Origin: Schmidtea nova
Lineage: Eukaryota
Direction: 5' to 3'
Assembly: GCA_044892505.1 (NCBI GenBank)
Contig: CM097882.1
Span: 385,268,001-385,332,000 of the forward strand
Length of the DNA stretch: 64,000 nucleotides
The notes beneath the pieces are model-generated. The model searched no databases, was not told where the DNA came from, and worked only from the letters and a program-made list of their open reading frames with translations. Positions 39,070 through 53,038 of the stretch are shown piece by piece. Made by a program: the position numbers and the translations under genes. Within the stretch, counting starts at the first letter, position 1, and each line of letters starts with the position of its first letter.

Positions 39070-39684
39070 TAAATATATTTTGAAATGGCAAATTGGTCTT
39101 TTTAATAATAAATTGCCATAATTTTTCAGATATAATTATAAAAATTAAATAATATAATTTGCTATGTAACAATGTTTGTCTGTCCGGATGTTACGCTTTT
39201 TAGGGGCGCTGATTGGCTGATTTTTCAATCAGAAAACTTGCAAATTCTTACACCTGTGTGTGTGACTATGATTGTTTTGATAAGTCAGTAGGATTCATCC
39301 AAAACAATATTAAGAATTTTTGAATTTAATTTTTGGTTTATATTAATTTTGAAAACATTAGTCATTTTTGACGGGATATTGCTAGTAATAATAATAGTAA
39401 AAATAATAATAATACACAATTAATATATTATATTATTAATAATGATTTTTTATTTATATTTTCGAATTACCAAGTTTTGGTTGATCTTAAGTTACAAATT
39501 TTATTGAATGAATTATTTATTGTCATTTATATCATTTAATTTTTTCATATTTGATCTCACTTTTTTCACTTTCAGAAATACTTAGAAATTTATATAGTGA
39601 ATAAATTTTCGACAGTGCTTTTTTCAAGTATGTACTTCAAAAAACTAAGTTGTAAATTCGTGTGCTATAAATAAGACTATATAC

Positions 39685-40960
39685 CAAAATATTGTTATTA
39701 AAATATATTGTTATTTCTATATATACACTGTGCGCGTTGAAATGCTTAAAGAATTTTGTGAAACTGCGGAAGTCGAATATCAGAAAATACTTGGATACAG
39801 TAAAATGCGCTGGTTAGCTCTTTCGCCAGCTGTCGAAAGAATTTTGAAAATATACGATCCTTTGAAATCCTACTTTCTATCACAGGATAAATGTCCTAGA
39901 ATTTTAGAAGAGTTTTTTGAAAAAGAATCTTCAAAAATTTGGCTAGAGTTTGTACATAATCAAGGAGCTCATTTTCAAAATGCTATAAAATTTATTGAAG
40001 GTGACAAAATTTCGGCAATCGAAGTAGCAAACGAAGTTAATAATTTAAAATTTCAGTGTCAAGAGCTGTTAGAAAATAATTTTCTTCCGTTAACTATCCG
40101 TAATAGTATAAACCAGCTAGAAGAACAAGGTGCAATAAATCGTACAGATATCATGAAGCACGTCAAAATGTTCTATAGTAACTGCATAGATTATTTAGAA
40201 GAGTGGACGGTACATTACAATGACATTGAACATTTTCATTGGATTACATTAAAACAAGAACTTAATTGGAATGATGTGCAAAAATCATTCGATCATATTA
40301 CTCAAAATTTCCCAGATAGTAATATTTCCGAAAATGATCTTTTTAATGAGGTATCATTATTAAAAAAAATATATTGATAAGGAAAAGATTCAATCTTGGG
40401 CAACAGAAAAAATCACAATAGAGAACAAATGGTTAGAAATATTTCATCATTTTGAAACAAACTATATTTCATACAATAATGCACTAAAGATTGTGGAATA
40501 CGCGCTGTCCTTACCAGGATCTAATGCTGCGACTGAACGCGTTATTTCTATGGTAAATAAAGTGGGGACATTAGAAAAATCACAATTAAGTGTTGAGACT
40601 TTGAAAGCCATTTTATGTGTGAAAAATAATTTAACAAATTCTTGTGAAAAATTTCATGACCTTTTAAACAACGACAACAATCTACTAAAAAAATTCACTC
40701 AAATGAGAAATATGCCAAAGAATAAAATATTGCTATATATAATTTTTTTTATAATTTTCATTTATTATAAGTATTTGTAAATTGTGCTTATGTTGAATTT
40801 AAATAAAATATATTACAATACTATTTTGCGTTCTATGAAATTTTTTATTGCTCCATATAGACCAAATTGTTAATTAATTACCACCTCCCCCCAACCCTCC
40901 CCTTCCTCGTCACCGGTTAATGGTTTCCCGCTTTACCAATGTTAAAATCTGGTCACCTTA
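39685..40960 (+). mobile_element. 5'-truncated hAT transposon with frameshifted transposase
   Basis: KMRWLAL...VERIL and the dimerisation domain LSLPGSNAATERVISMVN...LKAILCVK; frameshift in an A-run near 40370. Right TIR tctggtcacctta at 40948-40960; no left TIR found. Confidence 0.85.
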
Positions 40961-40967
40961 TCTTAAA

Positions 40968-40997
40968 TACATGGTGCGCCCAACAAGTATTTAGACT
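40968..40997 (+). mobile_element. Solo mariner TIR-like remnant
   Basis: tacatggtgcgcccaacaagtatttagact matches the 8103-8132 terminus at 25/30 positions. Confidence 0.5.
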
Positions 40998-41150
40998 TGG
41001 CAAAAAGAATTACTTTATAAAATATATATTATACAAAATATATTTTTTCTTGTCATTTTAAAATAAAATTTTTTACGTTTTCAAATGTTGTCATTTGATT
41101 TTTTATATGATTATTAACAATATTTTAGTTATATTTTATTTAACATTCAG

Positions 41151-41215
41151 ATAGAGATTTATTGAAATCTGTGACAGAACAAGTTCTCGTTAATGGAGAT
41201 GGAAAAGAAACTGAG
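41151..41215 (+). CDS. CEP78: CEP78 homologue exon
   Basis: cattcag acceptor, gttgta donor. 65 nt, phase 1 to 0. Encodes DRDLLKSVTEQVLVNGDGKETE, similar to CEP78 [22 protein letters not shown]. Confidence 0.85.
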
Positions 41216-41320
41216 GTTGTATTTCAATTATATTTTAATAAATTATTTGTTACAAAATACTGCTAATGTTTAATGTTTAATTATATTTTTAAAAAAATAG
41301 TTCATTGGATATATCAAGTG

Positions 41321-41680
41321 ATTGAAATAATGAAGCTAAGGCAGTCAGGTGCGCTTGCAAACAGTTTCTGTTGAACACTTTTAGTGCGCAGAGGCGAAAA
41401 TAAAATTCATACGTATGTTTGCAAGTTATAGATTATCTGTAGGACCTTGCATATTCAAGTGATGTTTTATCCAGTGTACCAGGTATAGTATATAACAAAA
41501 ATCTTTCGACTTTCTTTTATACTTACCTGGCGCAGAGAGAAATCTTTGCGTCTCCTGCATATCACTGAAAGCTCGAAACTAGTTTGCTATTTGGGATTTG
41601 CACTGGGTATCAAAAAGCATTTCAAGCTTTACTTGTTTAAAACAAATAAGTCATTCGACAAATGTTTTTTCAAAAGATAT
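41321..41680 (+). mobile_element. Family A retrozyme-like copy with degenerate hammerhead
   Basis: Colinear with the 23-kb unit. The ribozyme reads atcactgaaagctcgaaactagtttgctat, with a deletion in the core/stem II and C17 changed to T. Confidence 0.85.
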
Positions 41681-43748
41681 ATATAAAAAAAGATATGTAT
41701 AAAGTAAACCTTGAAATCTATAACAGATGAAAAATAATAAAAATTCATTTACAATCAATATTAAGTAACAAATATTTTTAAAATTGATCAACTCCATTGT
41801 AAAATACTCATTAAAATTGAATTTGTTAGTTTGTTGTTCCAAGTTTGGTATCAATAAATTCCATATATTGTTAGGAGTTATTCAATATTAAGTAAAATCA
41901 GATTATCAATCAGTAAATGTAATTGTCTACTAAATTTAATAAAAATCAATATTTTTTAAAATATTTTGAACAAACTAAAATATTTTTCTTTATTTATGAA
42001 TAATGTAAATCATGGAATTGTATATTTTGTTTAAATTAATTAAAACAATCTTACAGAAAATACATAAAGAAATCCATAATAAAAGGTTTTTGATTATTAA
42101 ATATTAAGAAATACAATTACGACGAACAATATTGTAAACTTTAAGATGAACGATAATTATAGGTGACAAAATAAATATAAGCAATTTACATTTCAAATAG
42201 ATACTTAAATAAACATGTAAAAGATTTTATTAATAAAATGCGCCACTTATATAACCGTTTGCTAAAAGATTTGTCGCACAAATTTAAAATTAAGTTTTGT
42301 AAAGAATATATTAAAAACAAATTTCTATTCAACACAAATTTCCAGCACTTTCTTTTAAACACTTGAAAAAGACAGAATCGTATGTAAATGAAATTGAAAA
42401 TAGATCTAAGGGGAAGAAAATTAGAGGTTTTAATGATAGTGTCATTTCTTTTCTATATTAGATCGTTGAAAGTACACTTTTACATATAATTATAATTTTT
42501 TTGATTTAATAAAGTCAACTCTGATACAAAGACACAGTAAATTATGTGTTGGTTACATTTTGTAATGCTAATTTTATAGTTTTAATATTTTTTGACTTTT
42601 TCAATACTGATGTTTTCTTTTTTTGTAGCTTCTGGTTTTAAAAATTCAAAAACAATCGAAATTATTTGATGTGTTATACAACTGCTAAATTGTATAACCT
42701 TAGTTGTAGGTTAAACAAATTAAAATAAATATGAAAACTCACAATAAGTAAATATTATTTAATATAATATTTAATACTAGTTCGCTACATGCTGTCTTAT
42801 GGCGGCTATATACTTTTTTATGTTATATACTAGATTGCAAAAAGGAAAAAATAAATACAAAATTTTAATTGTAATTATCAAAATATTAAATCACTAAAAG
42901 GATTGCTACACTTATCAAAATTATTAATTTAAAAACCTGAAGAAAAATAACAAAAATATCATACTCTAAATATTTTCTTTAAAACTACATTTTTTGTGTA
43001 CTTATATCCATAAGAATAAAAAATATAAATAAAAATATTATAATATATTTTTGTTTTAATTTACTGCGTTATGTGTGGGTAGACAGACAAATTTATATTG
43101 TTATAATATAGTAAAATTATTAAAAATCTATTAAACTTCCTAATATTAAACATTATTAAAAAAAGTACTAACTTTTCGAAATATAGTCTTGGATAAATAA
43201 TAATTATACAATATACTAAAATTTAAAAAATATTTGTTTTATTTATTAATTTTAAAGAAATAATAAATAATAATGATTTATTAGAATTATTTTCACATTC
43301 AATAAGAATTGCGATCTACTTCAACAAATCTCCAGAGAATTGATGGCTACCTGAATAAATATACCATTTATTTATATTATGTGATACTATAGTATTAATA
43401 ATAAATAAAAAATTTAACATTTTTCTAAAGTTTTTCAAATCCATTTTAGTATTTTAGGCTCTTTTAAATTTATGGATACAGTTTTTTTCTATAATATAAT
43501 CTTTTGGGTTTTTTTTTCAATCATTTTGTTAAACTATTGAACAAAACATTTTTTATTAGGTACACGACATTTTGACTCGGTATGTATTGATAAGGACTGT
43601 ATCGAAATATCATGTACCTAACTACAAAAAAAATAAATCTTGATCTATATTCTTACAAAAATTAATAAAAAAATAACTAAATTTTTCCATAATTAAAAAA
43701 TAATCAATTATTTTAGAACGACCGAAAATATTAATCAAATGTTATTTA

Positions 43749-43985
43749 TCATAATTATCTTTTTTCACCTTTGATCTTTTTTTATTATTATTATCAATAA
43801 TTCTCATAATGACTATAGATCAAATTTTTTTTTTATAAACAATAACACAATATTTCGGCACAGCCTTTATCAAGTATGTATTTGATAAAGGCTTGTGCCG
43901 ATAAAGGCTGTGCCGAAATATTGTGTTATTGTTTATAAAAAAAAAATTTGATCTATAGTCATTATGAGAATTATTGATAATAATA
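43749..43985. repeat. Family B inverted pair
   Basis: Two opposed copies meet at tcaagtatgtatttgataaag, with a small internal duplication of ataaaggctgtgccg. Confidence 0.85.
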
Positions 43986-45472
43986 AATGTTATTTGTTAA
44001 TTAGAAATGAAATATTTTTGATTAATAAAAACAAAAACTTTATTAACATATCCTTTGTTTGGATTTTATCTAGCTAAAAAATTCGAAATATGATGATTCT
44101 CCTAAGATTTCATAGTTTCCTTTAGGGTAATGGTCCTGAATTGGACCAGTTAGAGTAAAACTACTGTTCTGTCGTAATCTGGTTGAAACAAATTCGGAAA
44201 AAAAGTAATGAACTTACAGTCAACTGATTATCAAATAGACTATAATTGTAATAAAAGTTCTATTTAAGAGACATTTATCTTAATTTTGACCATTATTCTC
44301 TTTTATTAGACAGATTTACTTTTCGTTTTTTAAATAAGATTGTTATTAAACAATTGTTTCTTAAAATAATTAAGCTAGCAAACACTAATTTAGGAAATAT
44401 CTATTTATACCTATAGATAGAAGCATAGATGAATGTTCATTCAGTTCATCAGTCTACACAACAACAGAGCCCGTGAATGGTCGAGGTTGTGTGCAAATAA
44501 TACACATTCATTCTTCTGTCCGATGCTAATTAACATATTTTGATAAAAATGCCAACTGATAAAGTATGCAAATTATAAATAAAATTTAATTAATTCCATG
44601 GTCAGTTTTAAAACAACACATAATTAGGGGATTTTTCTATACTAAAAGTAGAGAAGATTCTGTTAATTATGAAATATTTTATTCAAATGCAATTTCAAGA
44701 TGTTTGAAACATTGATATCTATTAATCATATATTAAAAATAGAAAAATTAAAAAAATATTTGTTGCTATTCGATAAAAATTTAAAAAGTTTTATATTTTT
44801 GTATTGAATCTAGAATTATATATTTCTATTGGTATTCGGACCATTTCTCTCTAGACTAATTCTCCCGGATAAAATGAAGTTACTAAATTATATTTATTTT
44901 TTCATAACAATAGACAATAAATTAATCGAAATGTAACTAGAGTTTTCTTGAATTTTTCTGTAAATATTTCGACTAAGATAATAGAAACATTTTTATGCAA
45001 ACATGTTATAAAATAAACATTTATATTTATTGGATCTTAATTTTTATTCATATTCTGAAGTAACACTACATACTTTTTATTAGAAAAAAGGATGATGATA
45101 TAATGCGTGTAAATTTTTCATTAACTGAGAGAATTTTGTCATAAGGGATATTGTTCTGAAGGAGAAAATAATTTAATGATAGTTATCATGGACTAATCTC
45201 TAGAATCAGCGTATATAACCAAATAATTCAAAGAAAACAAATTGAGGTTTTCAGAAGAGTAAAGTCTATAATACATTAACGCAATTTAAATAAGTAATAA
45301 TCTCTGTATACCTAATATAAACTAATAGACACTAGTTTAAATAAATAATAAAGCTATCTATGGGAATATATGAAGGTTTCTTAATTTATTTTAATTCTCA
45401 TATATTTTAATTTTATAAATATTTCCGATATTTGTTTCAAAATAATATTTTAACATTATTTTCATTTAATAG

Positions 45473-45595
45473 TACAAATGGTTACGAGTTAAAGACCTAA
45501 TGAGAAGTGCTGACGAAAATTATGACAGACATCCACGATCCTATTATAATGGTCCGACAAAACCTCTCAATCATGTTTCTAGACCAGCATTTAAG
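45473..45595 (+). CDS. CEP78: CEP78 homologue exon
   Basis: taatag acceptor, gtagtt donor. 123 nt, phase 0/0. Starts YKW (CEP78 YQW): YKWLRVKDLMRSADENYDRHPRSYYNGPTKPLNHVSRPAFK. Confidence 0.75.
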
Positions 45596-47280
45596 GTAGT
45601 TTTGATTTTTCAATTCTTTTAAATCATTTTTCAAATTATAAGATCTGTTTATAGTAAATAATAAAATTAATAAATTAATTTATTATAATTAAAATTTTAA
45701 AAAAAGTTTTTATTATATTATATTTAAAAATATAATTGAATAAAAATCTTATTAGATTTTTTGTAATTTTGTAAGATTGAGATATTTCTATATTTATTTT
45801 TAAAAAAATTATTCTTAAAATTATTATTTACCAATTTTTAAAGTGATAAATAATTGTTTATAATTAATATATTACGCTGAATAATTTTCCTTAAATATTT
45901 TGAAAGAATACTACATAAAATATCAAATGATTTTTTATATCATAATTTTACAATTAATATCATGCAAAAATGTTTACAAAAAAAATTTGTCAAAAAAAAT
46001 AAGCCGAAACTCAATTGTAAACAAATTGTGCCTTGAACAGAAATTAGTAGGTAATAATTTACTCTAATTAGTTTCTGTTTGTATTAAAAACAATTTTATC
46101 ATATATTTTGTCTTATCTTTGCATAGCTTTCTAAAACTCGATTTTTAAATGTATTCTTTAATGCCTTTACCTTAAGTGCGATTTACTTAACAACTATCTT
46201 TTAAAACTATAATATAATTATTAAAATTTATATATATCGTATTTCTAACATCTCAAAAATAAATTCCACATCTCCCGTGCTTAATGTATTAATATTTAAG
46301 GCTATAATTTAATTTTTCATTAATCAAAAATAAGGATTTCTTGGTAATATCTCAACAAGTTTTTAAAAATAACCACAAAAAAAAAGAAATTTTACACTTG
46401 ATAAAATCTTTTCTGAAAATCTTTGGTAATTCCTTAATCTTTATCGATCTATTTACATCCAATAAATTAAAATAATAAATCCAATAACTTCAAAATATTT
46501 TATTGATGAATTAAAATATAATTTTTAATTATTTTAATTTTTTATTATTTTTTTATTTAAAAATTGAACTTGAATTGTTTTCCTATTTAAGATAATATAT
46601 CAAAAAAAATTAAAATTTTTACTTTTTCTTGTAATATTTATCTGATGAATTTCAAGTATACTTTGTGGCTCGTGATTGAATCTGCTAATAAGAAAATCTA
46701 ATAAAACTTTCAGTTGACTTGATCATTACTTAGTTTCACAGAAATCGCCCGCTGAATGGGAAGAATGGAAATTTATCATCACTAGTTGGTTGATTGTGCT
46801 GGATAAATTTAACAAGAAAATCGCCAGAGGCAACAAGTTTCACTTAATATTCAAATATTAACTAGACTTTCTCATTATCTTTTTCAAACAGTTTAATAAT
46901 ATTTTCCAGTTTATTTTTATTATTATTTCCCTACGAAAGAAATGATCGTAGATCAATGAGTTCTGATTCTCCTGTGAATAGATTTTTCACGCATCATCGA
47001 AGTTTTTGGACGAAAATATTTTATTGAAATTGAAAATCAATCAACCGAAATTTATTTAAAGTGATTTAATTATTTTTCATATTTCCTTAACGATTTTTTA
47101 GCATATGATTTCTCATTTAGTTCAGACATATTCTTCGTAATAATTGTGAAGAAATAATTAATAAATAAAATTAAAAGTAAATAAATAAATAAAATAAAAA
47201 TAAATAAATAAATAAAAAGTTTGCTAAAATTAAAATAATAGTTATTGATATAGTATTTTCATTTTTTTACATAAAAGCAT

Positions 47281-47500
47281 AATTATCTTTTTGTTTCACC
47301 TTTGATCTCTTTTATTTTATATAAATAATTTCCATAATGGTATGACTATAGATCAATTTTTTTAAAAGTACACAATATTTCGGTACAGCCTTTATCAAGT
47401 GTGAAATATACACTTGATAAAGACTGTTCCAAAATATTGTGTACTTGTTTAAAAAGAATTTTAATCTATAGTCATACCATTATGGAAATTATTGATATAA
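47281..47500. repeat. Family B inverted pair (more diverged)
   Basis: ...tcaagtgt gaaatat acacttgataaagac... with substitutions in the right-hand copy. Confidence 0.8.
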
Positions 47501-48639
47501 AGAAAAACACTTATTTTAATTGTAGACTTAACCTGTCATGGTAATCCTTTTTATTAATTAAATAGTCTTTTATTCTTTAGGCCGTTTGTGTTATCTGTTA
47601 TACAGTATATCAGTGTTTCTTAATCATTTTGCTCCTGGCCAATGTCGGCAAAGATTCTTTCTATGGTACATGAACGTATTGTAAAAGTAACTTCTAAATT
47701 AAGGAAAATAAAAGGTAATTTATATAAAACTTTTAATTTTGAGTTAAAAACCATGACGAATTGCACTATTAAACAGAAAGGCGAATCGTCAATTAGTTAA
47801 TAAATAAATAATCCATTTTCTTCATCAGCTCCCCTATGCCAATAGATTTTATTAAATTTCGATTTAAACATGTTAGATTGTAAAAATTTACATACAAAAA
47901 AGGTTTGTCCATTCCATGTAGGTCCTACTATTTGATAAACGGCATAATTTCTTAATTCCATTTTTAATTAATTAATTATTAATATAGTTTATATTTGTTA
48001 ATTGATCAAAAATGTTAAGCAACATCAAATATAAAGGTAAATGTTTACTTCTCGGTATGATATTCCGAATGGAAAACCGAATTATGTTCTAGACAGAAAC
48101 GGCAAGCACCCCATCATATTGATATTAAAAATAATAAAAATTTGTTTTTATTAATTGTTGTTCATTGATTGTGAAAATTTGAAAATGTCTAAAAGTAAGA
48201 GTATTTTTATTTTTATATTAATTTATTCTTTAGTTTATTTGTTTGAAGTAGTTCTCACAAAGATTCAAGAACTATACCCAAAAATCAAAAGAAAAATTTT
48301 GAATATTGTGCTCTCGAGTTGTTAGTACACAAAATATACAATTACACGGTGATCAATATCGAAGAGTTGCTCGAAAAGTAATATGATATGATGATTGGGG
48401 CTGGCATCAAGTGCGTCGAAAATTGCGTTGTTTGTAAAGACTCAATGAGAGTTTCATGTACCGATGGATGCTCTTGTTGTCATGAATTTAAACGTCAACT
48501 ATCAGTGCAAATTTAGGTTGCTGAAATACGAAAGGCATATTATAATGCCTTTAGAATACAAAATAATTGCCGATGATTTTTATTGAATAAAGATTTTATT
48601 TATAAAATTATATGTATGGATGAATTCTACTGTGAGATT

Positions 48640-49115
48640 AATATAGTTGCAGGTGATACAGACTCTTTCTTCTTAGAGGTTAAGAATTGTAATTTGGATC
48701 TTCTTTTGTTGGCTATGGTTATATATATAGGCTTTTAGATACATCGAATTATGACCCAAATCATCACTTGTACTCGAAAAACCTTGATTCTGTATTTAGA
48801 AAATTCAAAGACGAGAATAAAGGACTCAAGTTCAAGGAATGTGTTTTTCTTAGGTCCAAGTGCTATAGTCTTTTAGGTAAAAAAGAGAGCATTAAGGCTA
48901 AGGATATAATATTGAAGGGTACTGACCTGAAACATCAGTCGTACCTGGATTGTTATAATAATAATTCAATAATTTCTGTTGATCAGTCAAGAATAGTTAG
49001 TAACTATCACTAATTCTTTACTAATAAATTTTGTAAAATTTATTTGACTAACCTTGATGACAAAACACTTTGGATTTCTAAAAATGAGAGTCTTACTTAT
49101 GGACATTATAGGAGA
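48640..49115 (+). pseudogene. Protein-primed family B DNA polymerase C-terminal remnant (Polinton/Maverick or adintovirus-like)
   Basis: AGDTDSFF (motif C), KFKDENKG...FLRSKCYS...KAK...LKHQSYLDC...QSRI, DDK...LTYGHY; frames disrupted. Confidence 0.75.
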
Positions 49116-50999
49116 ATTGATGTTGTTATGGGGGTACGCGATGATGAAGCCTATGTTGAATTTGCTGATGAAGCCGATGATCAATTTTATAGACTAAAGA
49201 TTTTATTTTTTTATACTTTTTATTTTTGACTGTTCAAGTATTTTATGTAAAGATTATTGATTTGTGACTATTTTTGGAAATCCCCGGAGTTTTTTACATG
49301 TAATCGGATGAGACAAAATTTTAAAATTTTAACTTTTTTTGTTCGCCATTCAACACTCAGTAGATTTGTATAAAATTATTGAATTCCTCGCAAAACTTTA
49401 TTTTTTGTCGGCGGAGAAATCTTTTCATATTTTTTTAATTAATTATTGAATTTTGACCATTTTTTGAAAGTTTTAGAAAAAATGTTGATAAAATTAATTA
49501 ATTGTAATTTTTTGCTAAAACGTTGAAAAATTAAATAAAAATTTAAAAATTCAGTATTAATATATAAAGCATTACGCGATGTGTAAACTGTCAAGTGATG
49601 TTTACGTAACAGGTAAATTATTGCGTAATGATCACATAATGATTAAATATTTCATAATATATAAAGTATTAGGTACCGATCATGTAACTATTGCGTCATA
49701 CATATGACAATATGTTAATTTGTATATTTTGTCAGTTAAAACTTTATATTTATTACGTAACGCATACAGTTTAGGGATGAATGGCTTGTGCCAGACCGCT
49801 CACTTCTTCCTACTTCTAACAAAACAAAACTGCTTTTTCCACTAATCTTTGCACAATTACTAGAATATCTATGAAAATTAACCAACTAGATTCATTGATT
49901 TTTCTAAAATATTACTTTTTAAATGAATAAACATCACAGTCAAAGATGTTTTCAAATATCTTTTATGTGCTAAAATGTTTTTGTATTAAGTAAAATCGGT
50001 TTTATTTTTCAAGAAAACAGACAAACCGAGTTTTTAAAATTTCTAATTTTTTTATATATATTAGCCAATGACCACGAGTTGAAAACTCATACGATACTAA
50101 TGACCTTGGAAACTTTAACCGTATTTAAACAATGATTATTAATTTTCATTAGTTTTATAATTAATATTTAATAAGTGTTTTTTTAAATTATTAATATTTG
50201 TGAATTAATTTGAAATCTTTTATCTGAAATATATTCAATTTTGATCTGAAATTTATTTGGCAATAAAATTATTATTACAGTTGATTTATGCTAATTGTCT
50301 GATCCAATTGTTTCAAAAACATCAACTTTCCGTCTTTGATAAGATATTGGGAAACTTTATGATAAATATTGTAAAACTTAATTAGAAAGCAAATAATTTC
50401 AGAAATTCACAATAAATCATTGCAATTGTTTTTTAAAAGCTTGATAAAATGTCTTTATTTCATAAATAATTCAAAAATGGAATTTGTTATGAATTTAGTT
50501 ATGGTGTTTTGTTGTTTTTAAATGGCCTAATTGGATTGAAAATTAATATTAATTAAGTATTTAATTATTTGAATTTTTTACTAAATTTTCAGTATTTACT
50601 TTTTTATCAATTACTTTCTATTAAAAGCCGTTACAATAGAATTAGAAAAAATGCACTGTGGTCAACAATATTGGAATAATTGAATGTTACATGTAGGCAA
50701 ATAATTTCTCTTTCAATTCATTCAAATAGAATTATAGTTTTTCAATTAATTTGTTTCCTGTTTCGCAATTTTTTTTCTTTTTAGTTTATATATCAAGTAA
50801 AATTTAAAATGAAAGCAACAGTAATTAATTTTAACATCGTTTTATTTTTAATTATTCTACAATTAAAAATGAAAATGAATCATTACTGTAAAAATCTAAT
50901 GTCAGTGGCATATGCAATAAGTACCGGGTGAACTTCCAGTCGTTTGACGCTTTGATTAAAACATACAGGGACAAATGGTTTTCATCCACAATAATGATA

Positions 51000-51330
51000 T
51001 TTCTGAGGAATTGGTCGCCATGTTCATCTAAAATGAGAAGATTTGTCTGACATCATTGTCTCCGGTTTCACGCATCTCAGAGGAAAAAAAACGTGGACAA
51101 ACTTGGATGCCAACTTTTTACTCTGCATTCATTTAGAATGGCATGCGAATCTACAGAATTCACATGCAATTGCTGCAAGCTATCCTCGATAGTGATTTGG
51201 CGTCTATAACATTCACAAGGCGACCAACTTTTCATTATCAATCACTAACTGGTGACCATATATGAATTGGCTAATCTAATCGTAGATCGTAATACGAGAG
51301 GGAAATATATTGCCATAAGTTGTCTGATGA
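51000..51330 (-). pseudogene. Degraded mariner transposase fragment (HTH/linker)
   Basis: RRQITIEDSL..LHVNSVDSHAILNECRVKVG..PRFF resembles mariner RRITIxE..L.IS..S.H.IL...KV.ARFVPR. Confidence 0.4.
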
Positions 51331-51721
51331 TGATCTGATTGCTATCATCACGCAAATCAAAAAATTTAATCACACTTCAATACTTGACAGAATGTAGCAT
51401 AATTTGACAAAAAATTGAAAATGAGTTCACCCAAGCTGCTATACAGGTTCATATTAAAAAGATATATTTTTGTAACGATAGATAATATATTATGACTTAA
51501 TTAAAATATTGTTAAAGTACTAATAATTTTTATGAGGTAGTCCGGGTACTTACTGAACGAAATACGTATTTATATTTTATGTAATATTAAATAGTAAGTA
51601 AACTTTTCAAATAAATGGAAGAACATGTTTTTAAAAATACGTTTTTGCAATATATATTTTGAATTTTTTTCAACCATCATTAGTTGAAATTTAACAGTTT
51701 TTTAACTAATAAATCTCTAAC

Positions 51722-52022
51722 TCCATTTGGTTTGTGTTCTGAACTCGTGTATCAATTTGCATGTAATGGGTTTAATGCCACATACACTGAAGAGACTACC
51801 CGTATTTACCCGAGTTCTGGAGAATTGTCGACTGAATGGGTTGACTTGTAGTTATAATTTTAGGAAATGCGACAGTAAAAAATAGATATCTCTGATTTTA
51901 AGATTATTGCATAAAGTTTCAGTAATTATTTGGAACTAGTAACTTGTGATTCATTGTTGATAAGATCTTTTAATCCAAAAATCAATGATCACTCTACGGA
52001 TATTTCAAATGTATTTAAGTAA
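51722..52022 (+). pseudogene. Second Penelope-like GIY-YIG remnant
   Basis: PFGLCSELVYQFACNGFNATYTEETTR...DISDFKII...SFNPKINDHST...VFK* is colinear with the 38575 ORF. Confidence 0.75.
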
Positions 52023-52349
52023 CTGGATATCGCATGTTTTGAAGTGTGTTTTGGTATAACTATGTTATTTTTATGTTATTAATTTTTTTCCATTTATTGA
52101 ATTTTTTGTTGTTATGTTTTCTTTTCACTTTTTAAAAATATTTATTTTAGGTAATTAATTTGAAAAAATATTATTCTTAAATAATTTATTATAAAGAAAA
52201 TATGTTGATAATATTATGATAATCATTATTCATTAATTTCTAGTTATTATTTGTTATCTTAATTACTAGTCTGATATTCAATCGAAATATATAGCGTTTT
52301 TTTAAATATACTTGGCTTTTTAGTTATATATATATATATATATATATAT

Positions 52350-52972
52350 TATCAATAATTCCCATAATGATGACTATAGATCAAAATTTTTTTTATAAAC
52401 AATAACACAATATTTCGGCACAGCCTTTATCAAGTGTGTATTTAAGAATTTAAAAAGAAATTGCTAGGACAAATAAAATATTAACGATCGAATTTCGGAA
52501 ATATTAAACAATTAAAAAATTTGAAGCCTAAGGAAATAGAAAAAGAGAATCCTTATAATCAAAGAGTTATTCAAATAGTTAAACGAAGAGTTAATCAAAG
52601 AGTTAATCAAAGAGTTAATCAAAGAGTTAATAGAAGGGTTAATCCAAGAGTTAACCAAACTCCAGTTCTGCTGAAAAACTAAACATTCTTGATCGCCCGA
52701 GAATTATTTTTCGTACGTGAGTAGTATTCTTGTCTTTTTAAATACAGTTTTATTGTTAGAAATTTGTTATTTTATTTTGTTTATTTCACACGCATTATAA
52801 GCAACAAATACCATACACCCCAACTGTCCCCACAATAAGTTTTGGGAGACTTGATAAAAAAGTGTCGAAATATTGTGTTATTGTTTATAAAAATAATTTT
52901 GATCTATAATCATCATTATGGGAATTATTGATAATAATAAAAAAGATCAAAGGTGAAAAAAAGATAATTATG

Positions 52973-53038
<66 letters not shown>

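Larger units (their letters stand above)
38401..39085 (+). mobile_element. 5'-truncated Penelope-like element: inverted pLTR, GIY-YIG end of ORF, pLTR
   Basis: ~173-bp near-perfect inverted repeats (38401-38573 and 38913-39085; one mismatch seen) flank a GIY-YIG ORF. Each repeat carries a hammerhead motif. Confidence 0.88.

Noticed and set aside
46931-47030. Coding-looking stretch YERNDRRSMSSDSPVNR as an extra CEP78 exon
   Set aside because: No convincing acceptor/donor pair, and the frame ends in a stop.
44445-51345. Other CTGATGA occurrences (44449 on -, 46643, 49172, 51324) as hammerheads
   Set aside because: None has stem II followed by GAAA plus a closing stem I.
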